Source: SAR202 cluster bacterium
Lineage (GTDB): Bacteria; Chloroflexota; Dehalococcoidia; Lucifugimonadales; Australimonadaceae
Assembly (NCBI GenBank): GCA_016872415.1
Contig: VGZX01000005.1
Coordinates: forward strand, 5,210 to 69,209
DNA length: 64,000 nucleotides
Reading direction: 5' to 3'
Made by a program: the position numbers and the translations under genes. Every line of letters begins with the position of its first letter. Position 1 is the first letter of the stretch. Shown one piece after another: positions 60,013 to 64,000 of the stretch. The notes below the pieces were generated by a model that was not told the DNA's origin, made no database searches, and saw nothing but the letters and a program-made list of their open reading frames with translations.

Positions 60013-60046
60013 TGCTCACGGCGAAACGCTTTCCACGGAGTCGCGC

Positions 60047-61567
60047 ATGCCCACTGTAAATGTTGCTTCCGGCGACATCACCGCCATTGCCGCCGATGCC
60101 ATCGTCGTCAACCTGTTCGAGGTCGTGACCTCGCCCGCGGGCGGCACCGGCGCCGTCGACCGGGCGCTGGACGGCGCCATCTCGTCCCTCATTGCCGACG
60201 GCGACATCAAGGGCAAGAGCGGCGAGATCACGCTCATCCACGCCTTTGGCAAGCTGCCCGCGAAGCGCGTCATCGTCGCGGGGCTCGGCAAGCAATCGTC
60301 GTTCGGCCTCGACGAGGTCCGCTCGCTCTCCGGCAACGTCGCGCGCTACCTGCGCCGTCACGGCATCCGGCGCGCCGCCACCCTGGCTCACGGCGCCGGC
60401 ATCGGCGGCCTCGACACCGAAGCCGCCGCGCAAGCCATCGCGGAGGGCACCATGCTTGGGCACTACGCCTTCCGCAAATACCGCTCCTCCGCCAATGGCG
60501 ACCAGCCCGAGAAGGAGCTCGACGAGCTCACCATCGTCGAGCACGACCCCGCGAAGCTCGACGCCCTCCGCTCTGGCGTCGCCACCGGCGCGCTGCTCGC
60601 GGACTGCGCCATCCTCGTCCGCGACATGGTGAACGAGCCCGCGAACGTGATGAACCCCGCGAAGATGGCCGAGATTGCCGCCAACGTCGCCCGCGAGGTC
60701 GGCCTCGACATCACGGTGCTCGGCCGCGAGGAGATGATGACCCACGGCATGGGCGCCCTGCTCGCCGTCGCCCAGGGCAGCGCCAACGAGCCCCGCCTCA
60801 TCGTGCTGGAGCACCACGGCGACCCGTCGGACCCGTCGAACAACATCGCCATCGTCGGCAAGGGCGTCACGTTCGACACGGGCGGCGTGTCGCTGAAGCA
60901 GGCCGCCGGCATGTGGGAGATGAAGAGCGACATGGGCGGCGGAGCGTCGGTCATCGGCGCCATGCGCGCCATTGGCCGCCTCAAGCCAAAGATCAACGTG
61001 TTCGGCGTCATCCCCGCCGTCGAGAACATGCCCAGTGGCACGGCGCAGCGCCCCGGCGACATCGTCCGCGCCATGAGCGGCAAGACCATCGAGGTCGACA
61101 ACACCGACGCCGAGGGCCGGCTCATCCTGGCAGACGCCATCTCCTACATCAAACAGGCCAAGAAGGCCAACCGCGTGGTCGACATCGCCACGCTCACCGG
61201 CGCCATCATCGTCGCGCTCGGCCACGTCACCACCGGCGTCATGGGCCGCTCGCAACCCCTCATCGACGCGGTGCTCGCCGCGAGCAAGGCCACGGGCGAG
61301 AAGATGTGGCAGCTGCCGCTGCACGACGAATACAAGGAGCAGAACCGGAGCGATTGGGCCGACGTGAAGAACACCGGCGGACGCCCGGCCGGCAGCATCA
61401 CCGCCGCGCTCTTCATCGGCGAGTTCACCGACGGCGTCGAATGGGCGCACCTCGACATCGCCGGCACCGCCATGTCCGAGAAGGAGCGCGGCTGGATCGC
61501 GAAGGGCGCCACCGGCGTTCCCATGCGGACGCTCGTGCGACTGGTGCGGGACCTGTCGAAGTCCTAG
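60047..61567 (+). CDS. pepA: leucyl aminopeptidase (M17)
   Basis: VGKGVTFDTGGVSLK, MKSDMGGGA, NTDAEGRLILADA and HLDIAG. GGAG RBS before ATG 60047. Confidence 0.92.
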   Translation: MPTVNVASGDITAIAADAIVVNLFEVVTSPAGGTGAVDRALDGAISSLIADGDIKGKSGEITLIHAFGKLPAKRVIVAGLGKQSSFGLDEVRSLSGNVARYLRRHGIRRAATLAHGAGIGGLDTEAAAQAIAEGTMLGHYAFRKYRSSANGDQPEKELDELTIVEHDPAKLDALRSGVATGALLADCAILVRDMVNEPANVMNPAKMAEIAANVAREVGLDITVLGREEMMTHGMGALLAVAQGSANEPRLIVLEHHGDPSDPSNNIAIVGKGVTFDTGGVSLKQAAGMWEMKSDMGGGASVIGAMRAIGRLKPKINVFGVIPAVENMPSGTAQRPGDIVRAMSGKTIEVDNTDAEGRLILADAISYIKQAKKANRVVDIATLTGAIIVALGHVTTGVMGRSQPLIDAVLAASKATGEKMWQLPLHDEYKEQNRSDWADVKNTGGRPAGSITAALFIGEFTDGVEWAHLDIAGTAMSEKERGWIAKGATGVPMRTLVRLVRDLSKS

Positions 61568-61671
61568 CGCCGTCCCTGCGGCGGCTGCAGCCATTTACAC
61601 CGGAACGCCGACTCCGCATGCTCGTGATGACCGCAACGTCGCCAAAGCCAAGAGGAAAAAGGAGGCGTGGA

Positions 61672-62700
61672 ATGCCAATCCAATTCGCAATGTCCATGTC
61701 GCATGCGCCCAGTCTCTTCCAGCACACCTACACCGGCTGGCAAAAGTGGCACGCGTTCTTGAACACCGGCCACCCGCAGCCCCACGAGACGGAGCTGGAG
61801 AACGAGAAAGTGGTCGCGGAGCGCGTCGAGCGCAGCAAGGCCAACTTCGCCAAGCTCAAGCAGGAGCTCACGAAGTTCAAGCCGGACGTCGTCATCGCCG
61901 TCTGGGGCGACCAGCGTGAGTGGTTCGACGCCGCCAACACTCCGAACATCATGCTCTACACCGGCGCCGACACCTGGACCGTCCACAACACCGACGACGC
62001 CGCCGACCCGAACGCCCCCTTCCCGCCGCCGCCCATGGAAGACCACAAGTATCCGGTGCGTATCGACCAGGAGCTCGCGAGTAAGCTGTTGCGCGGCCTC
62101 ATCGAGCGCGGCTTCGACGTTGCCCACGCCGACGAGGTCCACCTACAGTCGCGGCCCGAGCGCGGCATACCGCACGGCTGGGGCAACATCGGCTACCACC
62201 TCATGCCCAACTTCAACATCCCCACCGTGCAGCTCATCGTCAACACCTACGATGGTCCGCCCGCGATCCTCAACGGCGAGCGCTGCATCGCCCTCGGCCG
62301 CGCCGTCGCCGACATCTGCGCCACGTCGCCCAAGCGCATTGCCATCATCGGCTCCGGCGGCATGTCCCACGACCCGCGCGGCCTGCGCTCCGGCTGGGTC
62401 GACGAGCCGCTCGACAATTGGTTCCTCGGCCAGCTCACCGCCGGCAAGGTCGACGCCCTCGCCGCGCCCTTCAGCTTCCGGTCCGAGTTCACCATCGACG
62501 GCACGGGCGAGCTCCGCTGCTGGGTCGTCGCCGCCGCCGCCATCGACCGCATGAAGCCCGGCCACAAGGCCGTCAAGGTCGACTATTTCCCCGCGCGTAA
62601 GGTCACCACCGGCTGCGGCTGGGTCTACTGGCCCGCCCTCGACGAGGCGAAACCCGCCAGGAAGTCCTCCGCCAAGAAGGAGCCCGTGGCGGCCGGCTAG
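61672..62700 (+). CDS. LigB-type (class III) extradiol ring-cleavage dioxygenase family protein
   Basis: AAAAAGGAGG RBS. SHAPSLF, VVIAVWGDQREWF, IPHGWGNI and IGSGGMSHDP follow the LigB/PCA 4,5-dioxygenase-like pattern. Confidence 0.7.
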   Translation: MPIQFAMSMSHAPSLFQHTYTGWQKWHAFLNTGHPQPHETELENEKVVAERVERSKANFAKLKQELTKFKPDVVIAVWGDQREWFDAANTPNIMLYTGADTWTVHNTDDAADPNAPFPPPPMEDHKYPVRIDQELASKLLRGLIERGFDVAHADEVHLQSRPERGIPHGWGNIGYHLMPNFNIPTVQLIVNTYDGPPAILNGERCIALGRAVADICATSPKRIAIIGSGGMSHDPRGLRSGWVDEPLDNWFLGQLTAGKVDALAAPFSFRSEFTIDGTGELRCWVVAAAAIDRMKPGHKAVKVDYFPARKVTTGCGWVYWPALDEAKPARKSSAKKEPVAAG

Positions 62701-62729
62701 CGCCTCGCGCACCGCATCGACACCTGACA

Positions 62730-62759
62730 GGGGCGGCGCATGTCCGCCCCTGTTCATTT
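62730..62759 (+). terminator. intrinsic terminator after the LigB-type gene
   Basis: GGGGCGG cgcatgt CCGCCCC followed by TGTTCATTT. Confidence 0.6.
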
Positions 62760-62787
62760 GACGGGCAAGGCCACGGCCCGATAGAAT
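62758..62787 (+). promoter_or_regulatory. sigma70-like promoter for tRNA-His (TTGACG-18 nt-TAGAAT)
   Basis: TTGACG at 62758-62763 and TAGAAT at 62782-62787, 12 nt before the tRNA 5' end. Confidence 0.55.
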
Positions 62788-62799
62788 GGATAGCAGCGT

Positions 62800-62876
62800 G
62801 GTGGGCGTAGCGTAGCGGTTAACGCGCCAGGTTGTGGCCCTGGAGATCGAGGGTTCAAATCCCTTCGCTCACCCCA
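62800..62876 (+). tRNA. tRNA-His (anticodon GTG) with encoded G-1 and CCA
   Basis: G GTGGGCG TA GCGT AGCGGTTA ACGC G CCAGG TTGTGGC CCTGG AGATC GAGGG TTCAAAT CCCTT CGCTCAC C CCA. Confidence 0.95.
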
Positions 62877-62967
62877 TGCACCGCGTTGGGCACATCCAAA
62901 AGCGCCACCGCTCACCATCCATCCCCAATTCCTTCCGCATCGCCTCTTCTCAGAAGTTAGGTCCAAC

Positions 62968-63531
62968 ATGCGTAGTGCAGCCATCGTGCTCGGTGCCCTG
63001 TTCGGCCTCGTCATCCTCGTCGGCCTCTTCGTCTGGTCCAGTTACAACGGCCTCGTCACCTCCGAGCTCAACGTCGACAACCAGTGGGCGCAGGTCGAGG
63101 TGCAGTACCAGCGCCGCTACGACCTCGTGCCGAACCTCGTCGAGTCGGTCAAGGGCATCTTCGAGCAGGAGCGCGCCATCATCACCGCCGTGACCGAGGC
63201 CCGCACCCGTTATGGTGACGCCGTCGATCCCGACGCCCAGGCCGCCGCCGCGTCCGATCTCGACAGCGCCCTCTCCCGCCTCCTCGTGATCGTCGAGAAC
63301 TACCCGGAAATCCGCTCCCAGCAAAACGTGCAGTCCCTGATGGACGAGCTGGCCGGCACGGAAAACCGCATCGCCGTCGAGCGCGCCCGCTATAACATCG
63401 CCGTCACCGAATTCAACGGCAAGTTGCGACGGTTCCCCAGCAACCTCGTCGCGCGCATGTTCGGCTTCGAGCGGCGCACGCTCTACCAGTCCACCACCGG
63501 CGCCGATCAACCGCCGCCGGTGAGATTCTAG
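62968..63531 (+). CDS. lemA: LemA-family membrane protein
   Basis: N-terminal TM, then YNGLVTSELNVDNQWAQVEVQYQRRYDLVPNLVESVKG and ARYNIAVTEFNGKLRRFPSN. Confidence 0.9.
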   Translation: MRSAAIVLGALFGLVILVGLFVWSSYNGLVTSELNVDNQWAQVEVQYQRRYDLVPNLVESVKGIFEQERAIITAVTEARTRYGDAVDPDAQAAAASDLDSALSRLLVIVENYPEIRSQQNVQSLMDELAGTENRIAVERARYNIAVTEFNGKLRRFPSNLVARMFGFERRTLYQSTTGADQPPPVRF

Positions 63532-63534
63532 GCC

Positions 63535-64000
63535 ATGCCGCGCGTGGTTCTGGCCGTCACCCTCGCCGTCGCCGTCCTCGCCTTCACCGTTGGCGCGGCG
63601 GCCGCCCAGACTTACCCCGAGCCCATCGGCCACGTCAACGACTTCGCCGGCATCCTATCGCCGTCGGCCGCCGCGGACCTCGACGCCGAGCTCGCCCGCT
63701 TCGCTCGCGAAACCTCGGTCGAGATCGCCGTCGTCACGGTCCACGACGTTGGTGGCACCACCGTCGAGGACTACGCCGTCAACCTGTTCGAGCGCTGGGG
63801 CATCGGCCGGAAAGGCGTCGATAACGGCGTGCTCCTGCTCCACGCCCGGCAGCCCGACGCCGGCGGCCGACGCTGGCGCATCGAGGTGGGCTATGGCATG
63901 GAGCCCTACCTCACCGATTCGCAGGCGGGGCGTATCCTCGACAACGACGTGCTGCCTGACTTCAATGCCGGCAACGTCGACCTCGCCTTCACGCGCGGCG
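63535..64000 (+). CDS. TPM-domain (YgcG-like) protein, 3' truncated by window edge
   Basis: Signal/TM region MPRVVLAVTLAVAVLAFTVGAAAA, then HVNDFAGILSP..IAVVTV..NLFERWGIGRKGVDNGVLLL..IEVGYGME. This is the usual LemA-TPM pairing. Confidence 0.85.
   Translation, partial: MPRVVLAVTLAVAVLAFTVGAAAAQTYPEPIGHVNDFAGILSPSAAADLDAELARFARETSVEIAVVTVHDVGGTTVEDYAVNLFERWGIGRKGVDNGVLLLHARQPDAGGRRWRIEVGYGMEPYLTDSQAGRILDNDVLPDFNAGNVDLAFTRG

Overview
High-GC bacterial chromosomal window with strong GGAGG-type ribosome-binding sites and many ATGA/GTGA start-stop overlaps. FtsA plus FtsZ, NrdR-NrdJ and a GlgE-pathway cluster suggest a non-actinobacterial high-GC lineage such as Chloroflexota/Thermomicrobia, but that is inference only. 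Gene content by region: (1) 1-11.9 kb is a complete GlgE-type alpha-glucan cluster (glgE 3' end, treS-mak fusion, malQ, glgB, GH57, glgP). (2) 12-17.4 kb holds a hydroxyacid dehydrogenase, two tandem pterin-4a-carbinolamine dehydratases, a frameshifted SMP-30 lactonase, msrA and a CDC48-like AAA+ gene whose D2 ATPase core is out of frame. (3) 17.7-28.3 kb is a catabolic-looking set: GGT-like hydrolase, Rieske oxygenase, LysR, dienelactone hydrolase, MFS, a GatC-like small ORF coupled to an amidase, an ABC exporter and a truncated Rieske oxygenase remnant. (4) 29.1-31.5 kb is a translationally coupled FolM-like SDR-queD-queC-folE operon. (5) 32-35 kb is a degraded-looking patch: tRNA 3'-half remnant, frameshifted MFS, a hidden 52-codon ORF with a lasso-peptide-like leader, a small secreted protein, about 630 nt without convincing ORFs, and tRNA-Ala. 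(6) 35-45 kb holds a Rieske-plus-unknown-domain fusion, a YitJ-like homocysteine methyltransferase/MTHFR, a lactate permease, an ECF sigma/anti-sigma pair, a methyltransferase and an aminotransferase. (7) 45.3-53 kb has an AT-rich island, then rsmH-ftsA-ftsZ, nrdR-nrdJ and a PIN-like protein. (8) 53-64 kb holds MFS, pdxA, proC, yggT, DUF167, PadR plus a membrane partner, DegV, RDD, pepA, a LigB-type dioxygenase, tRNA-His, and lemA-TPM. I saw no transposase, integrase, CRISPR array or rRNA. The most unusual signals are two homologous pyrimidine-rich intergenic elements that each end in an intrinsic terminator (candidate sRNA family), the frame-disrupted CDC48 D2 core, and the GatC-like/amidase pair. 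Also notable are the QueE-less pterin/deazapurine operon and the lasso-like mini-ORF. All calls rest on reading translations and motifs by eye; no database search was possible.
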